This document shows positions 6,044 to 16,411 of a stretch of DNA of 64,000 nt, in pieces. Positions within the stretch are counted from its first letter, which is position 1. Each line of letters starts with the position of its first letter. The stretch lies in the IMG/VR virus record IMGVR_UViG_3300044800_000286; one strand, written 5' to 3'. This DNA is from a virus. The position numbers and the translations under genes are program-made. The notes under the pieces were generated by a model, which was given only the letters and a program-made list of their open reading frames with translations, had not been told where the DNA came from and ran no database searches.

Positions 6044-7963
6044 CTATGCAAGCTCGCAGTTGTTGGCCGAGCATGCGAGTTCCTTGGCCCCGTCGGTCAT
6101 GTCCTCGGTCTCGAATTGCTGGAGAAGGCCCCAGTCTATCGCGGGCATCTTCTCCAGCAGGCTGTAATACTCGTCCTTGGATATTTCCTTGTACGGGCTC
6201 TGCTTGTAGATGTGGTTGGAATGCGGCAGGAAGGAGACCCCGCCGATGATGTCGAAATGCTTGTACACCCACGCCAGCACTTCGGTCCATTCGCTCTCTT
6301 TGACGTAGATCGTGCAGGACGGGTTGTGCTCCGTCCAATGCATCTTGTACGTAAGGTAAAGCTCCAATTGCTGGATGGCATTCAGGTCATTCCTGCAAAC
6401 GCTCGTCTCCGGGGACTCCATTGGGAAGTAAAAGACATCCACGTCGTTCGGCTTCACCGACTCGGGCTCGTTCGGTATGCCGATGGACTTGAGGAAGGCC
6501 GACACCGGGCTCTTGCGGTCCTCGCGCACAGCGCGGACGAGCCAGCGGGAGAAACGAGTGTGAATGCCGGAGGAACTGTTCACCAACTGGCTCACGGTGC
6601 CGCTGGGCTTCACGCAGGTGATGGCGGCCGGGACCTCGATGCGGAGCTTGGCGGCCCATTCCGTGGCGACCTCGACGGCGTACTCGCGGAATTCGTCCAG
6701 CAGCTTCTCAAGCTCGGGCCCGTTGGCGGACATCATCTTGTTGTCCATGATCCCGGTCAGGGACACGCCCAGCAGGCGTTCCTCCTCGGCGTTCGTCTGC
6801 CATTCCCTGCGCAGGTAGCGGAATTTCGTCAGGGTGGATTGGAGGCAGCCGATGATCGTGGCGAGCCGTATCTTCTTTTTGATGCTCGCCTTGGTGTCGT
6901 TCGGCCGGATCACGCATTCGCTGAGGTTGCACAGGCCCTTGGAACGCAGGATGATCTCCGCGCACGGATTCACGCCGAAATCGATGTTCTCCCACTTGCG
7001 GCGGCCCGTCTTCTTCGCCCATTGCTGGGCCGCGACCCGGTTGAAGATGCCGCGCTCTCCGGATTTCGACTCGATCAGGGTGAGGAACTCCCTGATGAAG
7101 ATTTCCGGTTCCGGCTTCTCCGTGTAGGCGACGGAATTGTTCGCGAGGCGGCGGTAGTCGAAATCGGTCCACCACTGGCCGTTCTTGGCGTTGCGCATGC
7201 GCTCGTCGCTGAGGTTCGACAGGGATAGCATTGCCGAGCGCCTGACGCCCCCCACGACCACGATGTCCGCGATCGTGCACATCAGGTCGTGGCATTCCAG
7301 CGAGTTGAGCTTGCGGCCCGCCGCCTTCTGGAAGATGCTGATGGTGAACTTGAAGAGGCGGTCGAGGGGCCCTGGGCCGCTCGCCCTGCCGCCCATGGTG
7401 CGGAGGACCGACCCCGCGGGGCGGACGGCGCTCAAATCCCACTTCGGGATGAGCCCGCCGTACAGAAGGGAAACCAGTTGGCGAAAGGAACTGGCCCAGC
7501 CGATCTTGCTGTCCCGGACTTTGATGACCGTATCCGTGTCATAGAATTTCTCGGCGACGACGGGCATCTGGTTGACGTACTGGCGCTCGACGCTGAAGCC
7601 GACGCCCGTCCCGCACATGCTGATGTACATCGCCTCGTCGAACGCACGCGGATCATCTACTGCAAGATAAGAACAATTGTACCCGGCACAGTTGTCTTTT
7701 TCGAGGGCTTCCCCCGCGGTCATCATCGCGCGCATGGACGGCATGACCTCCATGCGGAGGATCGCCTCCTCGATTTCCTTCGCGGTAGACTCCCTGTCCG
7801 CCTTGGGAATCCTGGGAGTAAAAAACTCTGTGTAGCGATGGACCGTTTCGTCCCAGTGTTCGCGGCGGCCTTTTTCGGGAAGCCATCGGGCATAGCGACT
7901 CTTGTGGATGTATTGGGAATAGGGTGAAATGTTGTACGCGGCATCAACGGCCTTGCTGACCAT
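6044..7963 (-). CDS. nrdJ: class II (AdoCbl) ribonucleotide reductase
   Basis: PSMR, YNC, GTGVGFS, VGGVRRSA, NPCAEI, TCVKPSGTVS motifs and C-terminal CxxxxC. Confidence 0.96.
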   Translation of the reverse strand: MVSKAVDAAYNISPYSQYIHKSRYARWLPEKGRREHWDETVHRYTEFFTPRIPKADRESTAKEIEEAILRMEVMPSMRAMMTAGEALEKDNCAGYNCSYLAVDDPRAFDEAMYISMCGTGVGFSVERQYVNQMPVVAEKFYDTDTVIKVRDSKIGWASSFRQLVSLLYGGLIPKWDLSAVRPAGSVLRTMGGRASGPGPLDRLFKFTISIFQKAAGRKLNSLECHDLMCTIADIVVVGGVRRSAMLSLSNLSDERMRNAKNGQWWTDFDYRRLANNSVAYTEKPEPEIFIREFLTLIESKSGERGIFNRVAAQQWAKKTGRRKWENIDFGVNPCAEIILRSKGLCNLSECVIRPNDTKASIKKKIRLATIIGCLQSTLTKFRYLRREWQTNAEEERLLGVSLTGIMDNKMMSANGPELEKLLDEFREYAVEVATEWAAKLRIEVPAAITCVKPSGTVSQLVNSSSGIHTRFSRWLVRAVREDRKSPVSAFLKSIGIPNEPESVKPNDVDVFYFPMESPETSVCRNDLNAIQQLELYLTYKMHWTEHNPSCTIYVKESEWTEVLAWVYKHFDIIGGVSFLPHSNHIYKQSPYKEISKDEYYSLLEKMPAIDWGLLQQFETEDMTDGAKELACSANNCELA

Positions 7964-8223
7964 GGTATGGAAAATTCCTCTCGAAGCTTGGGTATGAACT
8001 GTGGAGTTACAATGCAGTTCGATTCGGGTGACAACTTAGGTTTAGATATTAGGCGGATTCACTAACTCGCGGTTTTCGAAGCGGACGCGATTTCCCAACC
8101 ATTGCTGGGAAAAGCGGAGTCGGAAGAAAAATCTTCGGGTGCCGCTCCAACCCGGCACCCGAATCTTTTTGCGCCTGGAGCTTAATACTCTAGGCCGCTG
8201 CGACTTTAAGGAAGTTTTGGGAA

Positions 8224-8547
8224 TTATACGCTTGTTTCCCTTCCCCACTTTTGTGCTCTATACGTCCTCCCCCACCCCCAAACCTCCCGAAAGGACTCGC
8301 ACCATTCGTGATCGCATCCGCCTTCGCGGGGACCGTCGCCGAGACAGGGAAGCGACTCGTCCGGCTCGTCCGGGAATCCGCCCTCCCAGATGTCATAATG
8401 CTCCGCACAAAGCGGAATCCGATGTCCACACTCATTAACATAGTAACGGCAGGTGGCGGGATTCGGGCAACGATCTGGGTCATCATCCCAAGTGAGATCG
8501 AAAGGCTCTCCCCAATAAGCCAGATTCATCCCCAAGCATTGCCTCAT
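8224..8547 (-). CDS. hypothetical Cys/His-rich protein
   Basis: Several CxxC/CxxH pairs. Confidence 0.55.
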   Translation of the reverse strand: MRQCLGMNLAYWGEPFDLTWDDDPDRCPNPATCRYYVNECGHRIPLCAEHYDIWEGGFPDEPDESLPCLGDGPREGGCDHEWCESFREVWGWGRTYRAQKWGRETSV

Positions 8548-8551
8548 CGCT

Positions 8552-8806
8552 TCACCTCCAAGGCTGCGACTCGGTATCGAAGGTAAACGGGTCTTTCGTC
8601 GTCAAAAACTCGTGATTCTCCTCTCGAAATTTGACCCGGTGTTTCTTGCAAAAGAAGCACATGTCCCCGAAAAAGGAATCATCGCTGTCGCACCAATAGA
8701 ACTCCACGGGAGCACCGCACTCGGGCGGCTTGCCTGTGTCGGAACCCCCGCACTTCATGGGCCCAAACATTGTTGGAAATTTTGTTTCGTATAAAGCCAT
8801 CTTCAT
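8552..8806 (-). CDS. hypothetical Cys-rich protein
   Basis: AGGAG RBS; ATGA overlap with upstream ORF. Confidence 0.55.
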   Translation of the reverse strand: MKMALYETKFPTMFGPMKCGGSDTGKPPECGAPVEFYWCDSDDSFFGDMCFFCKKHRVKFREENHEFLTTKDPFTFDTESQPWR

Positions 8807-8958
8807 TTCTCCTTCTTTATCCTCTTTTTCGCGCTTGGGCCTTTGGCGAGTGCCTCGGCCTCGGCTTTTTCCAGCGCCTCGTAGGTGCACAGGTCGCACT
8901 CTGCGACGGGCACCTTGAGCTTCTTGTTCACGTGCTCACAAAACTTGCTTTTCTTCAT
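8803..8958 (-). CDS. 51-aa hypothetical protein (MKKSKFCEHV...)
   Basis: Fills the gap with ATGA overlaps at both ends; CxH/CxxC. Confidence 0.55.
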   Translation of the reverse strand: MKKSKFCEHVNKKLKVPVAECDLCTYEALEKAEAEALAKGPSAKKRIKKEK

Positions 8959-9296
8959 TCGTCCTCCGACTCGCGTTCTCTGTGCCTGCCGTCCAAAGTT
9001 GTGGTTTTAAGTAGTCGTTCGACCTTGGGCCATACGGTCTCGAAATCCTCGTCTGGTCGGAGATCAAGGTCCCAGCCGTAGCCGACGCTGTTGTGGTCCG
9101 CTACGCGAATCACGAGCCACCGCTCCGGGGAATCCAAGTTGCAGCCGTAAATCGCGATCGTGACGTAGGCCGAGCCTGTCGCTGTGAGGCGAGTTTGTGG
9201 GACACCGTATGTCGTCAGCAACTCATCCTCGGTGATGAATTTATTCACGATGGCGGCTGCCAACTCTTTGATTCGTGGATTAATCTCTTCGGACAT
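8955..9296 (-). CDS. hypothetical protein
   Basis: AAGGAG RBS; IRVADH motif. Confidence 0.7.
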   Translation of the reverse strand: MSEEINPRIKELAAAIVNKFITEDELLTTYGVPQTRLTATGSAYVTIAIYGCNLDSPERWLVIRVADHNSVGYGWDLDLRPDEDFETVWPKVERLLKTTTLDGRHRERESEDE

Positions 9297-9488
9297 CGAT
9301 TTCTCCTTTAATTATTATAATACTAAAGGCCCGCCAAAAATCGGAGAAAATAAAATTTGCAAGTCGTTGGCAATAAATACATTATAGTGTGATATTGCCG
9401 GAGGTACTGGTACCAATGAACTATGTGAATAAAAGCCAGTTTGGGTAGCGAAAATTCCAGGCCCGCTGTATACTTTTATACTGGAGAT

Positions 9489-10067
9489 ATGATCGACATG
9501 AACAACCTGCGGAGCCTTCTTTCGGAACTCGCCCCTGGCCCAATAGCCGAGGCCGAAGCGGAAAAAATTGAACATCTACTGTGCGAATCTTGGGGTGAGC
9601 TTTCCGGCAACGATTCCGGCGGGATGCTGGCTTACAAATTGCTAAATCGCACGGAAAATATGCTTTGGGAGCCTCCTATTCTCAAATTTGAAATTGAGCG
9701 CCATGGCGCAACCGTTAACGGTTCGGTCTACGCTGGCGTCCAACTGTGGGGGATCGATGTGGCGAGGGGGGTGGCGATTCTCGGCGGCGAAAAACGCCGC
9801 CTCGTGGGTAAGCCTGCTAAACCGCTAAAAGTCGCTCCGCTTGCGGAAGAGATCGCAGCACTAATGCTCGGACGGAAAGGAGACCCGCGGTTGAAGTGGC
9901 TGACCCCAACGTGTGTCAGAGTCGAAATCTCAGAAGTGATTCCGGCCACCAATAAACAAACTACTTCGTCACGGCGAAAGCGCTTCATCCGGGCGTTAGA
10001 AAACGAGCTTGCGCCCGCGGGCTGGCGGAAAGCCGTGGGAAAACTGAACACTTTCGCCAAAATTTAA
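9489..10067 (+). CDS. hypothetical protein
   Basis: GGAG RBS downstream of a repeated promoter. Confidence 0.7.
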   Translation: MIDMNNLRSLLSELAPGPIAEAEAEKIEHLLCESWGELSGNDSGGMLAYKLLNRTENMLWEPPILKFEIERHGATVNGSVYAGVQLWGIDVARGVAILGGEKRRLVGKPAKPLKVAPLAEEIAALMLGRKGDPRLKWLTPTCVRVEISEVIPATNKQTTSSRRKRFIRALENELAPAGWRKAVGKLNTFAKI

Positions 10068-10167
10068 GGGGCAACGCATACACCGGGAAAATCGTGAACA
10101 ACGGGCCGAGCCGGGATTCCCCCGTCTGTCGGTCGCTGCTCCCACTTCCTGAGCTTTGTCTTGAGAA

Positions 10168-10968
10168 TTATCCTCCTAACTCCGCAATCCTCACCTCCAG
10201 TTCTTTAATGTGGTGCTTTTGGTCAGCGATGATCTTGAACATCTGCTCGGCAACCTGTTTCTTTGGGTGCGCCCACTCCAAATTGCTGGGAACAAAGCCT
10301 TTTGCTTGATCTACAATGTGAATGGAGCTATTTTTATTTGGTTTTGGTCCTAGATTATCCCGAATCCGTTTCGCCCCGGCGAAAAACGACCCCCCATTAT
10401 CTCGATTCCACTCATCAAAAAAGGGCATTCCAGCATAGTTGCGAAATTGCTGAAGATGAGACATCTTAAAAATGTTGCGCTGGTGATTTGCCACGGTGGC
10501 GTACTCTGGAACTATTGCAGTGAAACCGTACTTGATGCGGCGAGCCACGCTTCGGCCGGTTAGATCGCCGTTGATTATCTCGGACCCAAGCGCAACCCAT
10601 GTCGCACCATCTTTGGAGACACGCCACCATGCCTTCTCACCGCGAAATGATACCCGATTTTCCGGACGAGCCGCAAGCTCTATAACACGCCGGCCGCCCT
10701 TAGTTGTGATGCCAGATAAGTTAGGAGAGTGCCGTCCTGTATGCCCGTAAGACCTCAAGCACGGAACTGGAGCTAAGAGAGCCTTACCCTCAACTTTTAC
10801 ACCACAAATTCCCGAGAAAAGTCCGGGTTCAAGCCGCAGGTATGACTTAATGGTTTTTGGGCTAGCTTCCAGACGCTTTGCAATTTGCATGATGGTGCAA
10901 CCTTCCCTTTGGAGGTCTAACGCGGCTTTGCGTTTTTGATTTTGGACGCTCTCCGAAGTTCCACTCAT
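10168..10968 (-). CDS. HTH plus degenerate HNH-type endonuclease-like protein
   Basis: N-terminal HTH; PKPNKNSSIHIVDQAKGFVPSNLEWA resembles an HNH core with substitutions. Confidence 0.55.
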   Translation of the reverse strand: MSGTSESVQNQKRKAALDLQREGCTIMQIAKRLEASPKTIKSYLRLEPGLFSGICGVKVEGKALLAPVPCLRSYGHTGRHSPNLSGITTKGGRRVIELAARPENRVSFRGEKAWWRVSKDGATWVALGSEIINGDLTGRSVARRIKYGFTAIVPEYATVANHQRNIFKMSHLQQFRNYAGMPFFDEWNRDNGGSFFAGAKRIRDNLGPKPNKNSSIHIVDQAKGFVPSNLEWAHPKKQVAEQMFKIIADQKHHIKELEVRIAELGG

Positions 10969-11119
10969 ACTGCACAATACTGTCGCGTCAAAGAGTTTTT
11001 GAATTCAACTGTTGTTGTTTCAATAACCTATGGATAATGTAACCTCAAGTATCGTTGTTGATTCTAAAAAGGATAGTACTTCTGTCCTAAGACAAATTTC
11101 TTAGGAAGGAGAGGCCAAA

Positions 11120-12031
11120 CTATTCTTCGGTCGCCGGACCTGTCCTTTTGCCCCTTTCTTTGGGTGGAAAAAGGTCGATGATGGCACAAATGTCCCTGAT
11201 GCGGCGGCTGAAATCCGCGCCGAACACATTGCTGAATTCGTTGAACGTGAGGTTGCTGTTCACCACAAGCTGCCCGTAGTTGTCATGCAGGGAGTTCAAG
11301 ATTTCAAACAAATTGGCACGGCGAACTTCCGTCTCCTTGATTTTGTCGATCTCTTCGAGGAAAAGGTGGAACTTGCCGCCGCTGTCCGATGCTGCCTTGA
11401 TCTTCTCGCTTGATACCTCGGGCTCCATGAGCATGGGCTTGAATTCATCGTCCGGGTCGTGTTTGTGCATCGTCCAATCGGTGTGTTGGTCCAGCATAAG
11501 CTTGGTGGAAATGCGGCGCACGGGAAAAACCCGCCTGTAATCCTCGCGCATGCAGGTCTTCCACAGCAAGTCCGCGTACAACGCCGTCGTCCATGTGGTT
11601 TTGCTGGTTCCCGGCGGCCCGAAAAACGCATAAGAGCCCTCGGGATTTGCCTTAAGCGCATTAATGACTTCCTGTTGGCGCTCTGTGGAAAGCGTGGACT
11701 TGCCATAAGGCTTCAGGTTCTTCAGGGTGATCTCGCGGTAGCGTGGAGGCACCGTATCCCGGTAGATTCTGGTAAAGTTCGATAGGCGGCGGGCGTACCT
11801 GACGCAGGTGGAGCAAGTCACCAGCATCATCGGGTTGCTGTCCTTGTTCCCGTTGTCTTCGTTGTATTTTTTCGTTACCGGATCGGGAACCAACATCTCG
11901 CGCTCTCCGCGACATTGGGGGCAGTTGGGGCACTTCTCGTCGAAACGACTTACAAACCAAGCATAGCCTTCGTTCCCGAGACGCTCCCGTTCGAGCTTTT
12001 CATACCAAATCGGTCTCTTAGTTTCAAGCAT
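11120..12031 (-). CDS. DnaC/IstB-like helicase loader
   Basis: Zn finger (CPxC...CxxC), PPRY, Walker A GPPGTSKTT, Walker B LFLEEID, RRI sensor. Confidence 0.85.
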   Translation of the reverse strand: MLETKRPIWYEKLERERLGNEGYAWFVSRFDEKCPNCPQCRGEREMLVPDPVTKKYNEDNGNKDSNPMMLVTCSTCVRYARRLSNFTRIYRDTVPPRYREITLKNLKPYGKSTLSTERQQEVINALKANPEGSYAFFGPPGTSKTTWTTALYADLLWKTCMREDYRRVFPVRRISTKLMLDQHTDWTMHKHDPDDEFKPMLMEPEVSSEKIKAASDSGGKFHLFLEEIDKIKETEVRRANLFEILNSLHDNYGQLVVNSNLTFNEFSNVFGADFSRRIRDICAIIDLFPPKERGKRTGPATEE

Positions 12032-13259
12032 TCGCCGCATCTCCGAACTTGTTCAAGCAGTCTTGGCACCGGGGGAACCCCTCGGCGTTGGCCCCGGTCT
12101 TGCCGCAGTCGCAGCATACGGCCTCGTCTCCGGTCTTGAATGCTCCGCCATCTTGACGGTACTGGGCCTTGCCCTCGTTTTTGATTTCCGCGATCTTCTT
12201 TTTGCGCAGGGCACCAGCCTTGGACTCCCCCTCGCGGGCGCTTTCGATCTTGGAGAAGTTATCGACAAACATCTTTACGGGGCCTTTACTCACGGCTTTG
12301 TTGACGGCCTCCACCCAAAAGGCGGAATCCAGCAAGGCCCACCTAATGCACTGGGAAATGTGTTCATAGGTTGTGCCTTTGTTGAGCAAGTCCCTCAGCG
12401 GGACCGACCAAAGACCATTCTCAAAATCATCCTTGAACTTGCTCAACTTACCTAGTTGGTCGAAAAACTGGTCCGCGAGGCGATCCGCGGGTGTCCAAGC
12501 ATCCCTACGCGCCGACAGGGGGGTGTGAATGGGCTGCTTTTTCTCCTCGGTTGCCCGCCGGTTGGGTCTATAGGGAATTGCTTTACGGTCTTGGAACTTC
12601 CCAGCTTTTGGATCGACCCACCTATCGTCCGACCATTGAACGGTTTCTGGCTTTTGAGATTCCATCGGTTGATCCGTTGTTTCCTCGGGGGAATTTTCAC
12701 TCTCAACAACAACGGGGAGTGTGGCAGGTCTGGCCGGTCTGGAAGTTTGGAGGTCTGGAACGTCTGGAATAGGTGCCTCCACTGTGTCCTCACTGTGTCT
12801 CTGCTGTTCCTCCACTAGCGCATCCACCGCTGCTTCGACCGCGGCTTCACCGTCTGCTTTACCGTGGCTGCCACCGTTTATTTCCTCCAACCGTGGTTCC
12901 ACTTTATCCGTGTAGAACCAAGCGTTTATGCGGTATCCCCTCAGTGCCGAGGGTTCAAATTTATGAATTACGATTAGGTATCCACCCCGCTTACCAACCC
13001 CCTTCGGGTAGTTGATGTATCCGTGCTTCCGGAGCCTGCGGAGTGACTTTTGAATTGTCTCTTTTAAGCCCGCGTCGTTGAATCCATTGAGCGCGATACC
13101 AAGGGCCGTTTGTCGGCACACCCCAGTCTTCCAGTTGCAGTTCAGGTGCAGCCAGAGATAGATGCCAAGATCAAAGGGATGAAGCTTGCCTTCCTTGATA
13201 TGCTTATTTATGCCGTTCCGGATTTTTGCAAATCCTTCGTCTTTGTTCTCTCTACTCAT
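12024..13259 (-). CDS. phage replication initiator protein
   Basis: N-terminal wHTH-like region (SLRRLRKHGYI), low-complexity linker, C-terminal IRWAxxxxFW domain; precedes DnaC-like gene. Confidence 0.7.
   Translation of the reverse strand: MSRENKDEGFAKIRNGINKHIKEGKLHPFDLGIYLWLHLNCNWKTGVCRQTALGIALNGFNDAGLKETIQKSLRRLRKHGYINYPKGVGKRGGYLIVIHKFEPSALRGYRINAWFYTDKVEPRLEEINGGSHGKADGEAAVEAAVDALVEEQQRHSEDTVEAPIPDVPDLQTSRPARPATLPVVVESENSPEETTDQPMESQKPETVQWSDDRWVDPKAGKFQDRKAIPYRPNRRATEEKKQPIHTPLSARRDAWTPADRLADQFFDQLGKLSKFKDDFENGLWSVPLRDLLNKGTTYEHISQCIRWALLDSAFWVEAVNKAVSKGPVKMFVDNFSKIESAREGESKAGALRKKKIAEIKNEGKAQYRQDGGAFKTGDEAVCCDCGKTGANAEGFPRCQDCLNKFGDAANA
12727..12767. repeat. five degenerate GGTCTGG repeats at 8-9 bp spacing (iteron-like)
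   Basis: ggtctgg x3, agtttgg and cgtctgg within the initiator linker. Confidence 0.55.
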
Positions 13260-16225
13260 AGCCCTTCATCATAGGAATCCAGCGGCATGATCCGTTCCTG
13301 AACAAGCTGCTCGGGATTGACCCTTTTCACCAGAAAACCGTCTTCGGCTTCGATCATTAAGTTGGAGTTCTCGTCAATTTGAAACTCTAGGCTGTTAAAA
13401 TTCCCGCCGTCCCGCTGGCGACCCTGTATAAGCATGCCACGGCTGCCATTTTTAATATACGGGCAGACGCCAATGGCTAGGTCGCATTTCTGCCCTATGG
13501 TGGTGAAATACTGGATGAAGCTGTCCTGCTTCATCAAAGCCTCAAGATCGTCGTAGTATTTATCGGGGCCTTCGTTCTTCTGTTGGACTTTTTCAATCTC
13601 TCGGCGTGCCTTGGAATTAAACTGGGCTGTGCCCAAAATCAGCATGCCCCTGCCGCGCTCTTCGTTTCCGTGAAAGTCTCGGCTAAAGTCAAACAGCCGC
13701 TCCAGCATTTCCGCACATTCGATCCAGTGGCTTTCTCCCAAGCCGCTTACTGGCATAACGCTGTCGAGGGGGTCAATCACAACGAAGTCATAGGGCATTT
13801 TTTGGAAAGAGGCTTCAATATAACCCTCAATGGCCGCCCACTTATCCTCCGATCCACGAGTTAGGTTGTTGATGTTCTGGACTTGCAGAAGCCCCGGCAC
13901 CGCGGTCATGTTGTAGAGTTCGTTAAGGACGATGTTCAGCTTTACCAGATCATCTTCTGTCGCAACGCAGTTCAACCCCTCCCAGCCCGAGAGGGTAGGA
14001 AGCAGGCCCACCTCCGGATTGTCCCGGAGATGGTAGGCGTACATCAAAGTAAGCCTCTTTAGGACTTTCATGCGCAGATGCTCCCCGGCGAGAAACAACC
14101 CGTGCTTCCCCTGCCGGGCGAAGTTCATCGCCAAGGACAGGACCGTGGTCGATTTGCGGCTCCCCGCGGGGCCATAGACACCGATAAAACGCTCACCATC
14201 GAGCCCAACGTTCATGCCTGAGTTGTCGATGGTGGGAAATCCGGTTTTGAATTTCCGCCTATCATTGCTTCCCCGCACATCCAACTGGAAGCTCTCGAAG
14301 ATTTCATAAGCGGAACGCTGCCAAGGTTCGGCACGAAGTTCGGGGCTTGTATTGATGGTGGACTGCCAGCGCCCCACCATGATTTGCTTGGCTATATCCA
14401 TGCGGTCGGCGACAGCCAACTCTTCGTTTTTGAGGTAGTCCCAGCCTGTCAGCCAAGCGACCTTTTCGTCGATATAGTCGATTTCTTGAAACAGTCTTCG
14501 GGCCGTGACCGCAAAGGTCCGGCCGGGGTCGAATTTCACCCCATCAACGAACTCCAATAGCTCCTTCATGCCACTCGCGTTGGAGAAATCCGTGTCATTG
14601 AGGAGGTAGTCTTTGAGTTGCACCCTATTCGGAAGCTTCTTATAGGCCCCGTAGTACTGGAAGATCGCATCCAGCACCGCCGCGATGCGAATCTTGACGA
14701 GACTTTCCACTTGGCGCAACTTTTCGATGACGGCAAGAAAATCAGGTGCAGTATTCACGGGGTCTTCCAGAACCATCGCGATGATCTGGCATGTCAATTC
14801 ATTGGGAAGCGCGCTCTTGAGGCGCTTTTTCTCGCCGGGCTTGAGTTTCTTCTTTTTCTTGTCTTTTTGGGGGGGAGCAATCTTGATGACAGCCTCGTCA
14901 CTGGCGTCTCCGGCTACGGCTTGGTTGCTAATCTCCACCTCTTCCGTGTCTTCGCTCCGGGAAGGCGTGGCGAGGGCGGGCTTATCGGGCTCATCCGATA
15001 TCTCCTCCGCCGCAAACGTTTTTGCGTCTTCTATTACCGCTTCTTCCGCAGCGTCGATGTTCGCCCAGTTGAGGCTGTCGTCCGGCCAGATCGAGTGGGG
15101 GTAGGGGTCGTATTCCTCGTTCAGCCTGCGCAGTACATCAGCAATTGTGACGCCCGTGCAGTCGTCGCTGAAACAATGGTAACCGAAGGTGTCCCCAATG
15201 ATGAAGCCCGTAAGGCCGCTTCCCGTGTGCTTGTGGCCAGCGGTAATGCATATGTCAGTGACTTTGATGGGCTTGCCCTGCCAGGTGGTTTCGCCCGTGA
15301 TATGGAAGGCGTTCAGTTTGGCGTAGTAGTCAAAAAAGTCTTGCGGGTCGAAATCCGGGAGGACAAGCGGCATTTCTCCACGGGCCTTTTCCGCCTTGGG
15401 GGCGCACCCGCCAAGCTCCAAAATCTGGTCGAACTGTACAACCGAAATTGCCCCCTGAGGGGGAATTATGCGGTTGCGGCGATACGGCCGCTGTTCAGTG
15501 CTTGTGCCTTTGCGCGTGGTTGTGCCATAGGCACGAGTCAGTCTCGCCGGGTTAAAAACCGCATCGTCAACCTTGGCGGCGTCGCTGTTGAATTTAGTCA
15601 AGGCCCTTAGGCAATCCACCAGCAACTCAATGTTGGTCTGTGTGTTGCCCTGATTGATCCTCGGCAGGATATGGTATCCGTTGCCGCTATCCGCCAGCAA
15701 GGCGTTCGGCCAGCCCTTGGAGTCAAGGTATTTAATGATTCGCTGCGCTACTTTTTGGGTTTCCCGCTTTTCTTCTGCCGTGGAGCTTTCATGCTCGAAG
15801 CCCTTGGCTCTCATGGTGTCCACGTCGATGAATATCCATCGAATATTCTTCACATCATCATTTTCCGTAAGGTGCTGCGTGGGTCCGGTGAGGATTTTCT
15901 CGACCTGTTCGTCTGTGGGATTGGCAACGATCAGCCCGCCGCGGATGCACTTGTCACACCCGCATTTTTGCCGATACTCGGCCAGCTTTTGGTCGATTTC
16001 GTTGAAAACGTAATAGATGCTTTGAATTCGGGAGTCTTGATCAAGTTGATAGACAACTTGTGCCATGCGTTCATGGTCGTTAAAATAGAACCCGCGCCAA
16101 TAGCCGTCCCAGAGACGTATTCGCACCTCAACCAGTTGCTTGGGATTGAAAAGGATTCGCGCACCGGACTTTATCTCTTCCAACTGCTTGTCGGCGGGTG
16201 TGATGGTTTCGATCTGATTTTCCAT
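13256..16225 (-). CDS. primase (AEP/RepB-like) fused to DnaB-like helicase
   Basis: FIDVD, SGNGYH, RAYGT, Zn motif; TGFPTID, Walker A, VVIDPLD, TAQFN; AGGAG RBS. Confidence 0.88.
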   Translation of the reverse strand: MENQIETITPADKQLEEIKSGARILFNPKQLVEVRIRLWDGYWRGFYFNDHERMAQVVYQLDQDSRIQSIYYVFNEIDQKLAEYRQKCGCDKCIRGGLIVANPTDEQVEKILTGPTQHLTENDDVKNIRWIFIDVDTMRAKGFEHESSTAEEKRETQKVAQRIIKYLDSKGWPNALLADSGNGYHILPRINQGNTQTNIELLVDCLRALTKFNSDAAKVDDAVFNPARLTRAYGTTTRKGTSTEQRPYRRNRIIPPQGAISVVQFDQILELGGCAPKAEKARGEMPLVLPDFDPQDFFDYYAKLNAFHITGETTWQGKPIKVTDICITAGHKHTGSGLTGFIIGDTFGYHCFSDDCTGVTIADVLRRLNEEYDPYPHSIWPDDSLNWANIDAAEEAVIEDAKTFAAEEISDEPDKPALATPSRSEDTEEVEISNQAVAGDASDEAVIKIAPPQKDKKKKKLKPGEKKRLKSALPNELTCQIIAMVLEDPVNTAPDFLAVIEKLRQVESLVKIRIAAVLDAIFQYYGAYKKLPNRVQLKDYLLNDTDFSNASGMKELLEFVDGVKFDPGRTFAVTARRLFQEIDYIDEKVAWLTGWDYLKNEELAVADRMDIAKQIMVGRWQSTINTSPELRAEPWQRSAYEIFESFQLDVRGSNDRRKFKTGFPTIDNSGMNVGLDGERFIGVYGPAGSRKSTTVLSLAMNFARQGKHGLFLAGEHLRMKVLKRLTLMYAYHLRDNPEVGLLPTLSGWEGLNCVATEDDLVKLNIVLNELYNMTAVPGLLQVQNINNLTRGSEDKWAAIEGYIEASFQKMPYDFVVIDPLDSVMPVSGLGESHWIECAEMLERLFDFSRDFHGNEERGRGMLILGTAQFNSKARREIEKVQQKNEGPDKYYDDLEALMKQDSFIQYFTTIGQKCDLAIGVCPYIKNGSRGMLIQGRQRDGGNFNSLEFQIDENSNLMIEAEDGFLVKRVNPEQLVQERIMPLDSYDEGL

Positions 16226-16411
16226 TACTCTCCTGAGAAAGGGGGTTGGGGAGAGGCCAACCCCCGCAAACTTCTGGTGATCAAGCCAGAAGGGCACTTG
16301 CTGCTGACTAATACTATGGAGAGCTTGGTTTACGGTATTTAAGATGAGCAGCAATCTGATAGTTAAATGCGGTTTGATGATTTTTAGTTTTGTATAGAGA
16401 GGTAGTTCACG

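Noticed and set aside
6014-7228. Long antisense or alternative-frame ORFs (also 21059-22777, 42664-44229, 56325-58676, etc.)
   Set aside because: These are shadows of GC3-rich genuine genes and carry no motifs.
7964-8220. Cobalamin riboswitch or NrdR boxes upstream of nrdJ; intein in NrdJ
   Set aside because: No convincing consensus match; NrdJ length and motifs are contiguous.
10980-11119. Replication origin in the AT-rich gap (one TTATCCATA, IHF-like sites)
   Set aside because: There is only a single imperfect DnaA box, and the region is equally explained as promoter upstream sequence.
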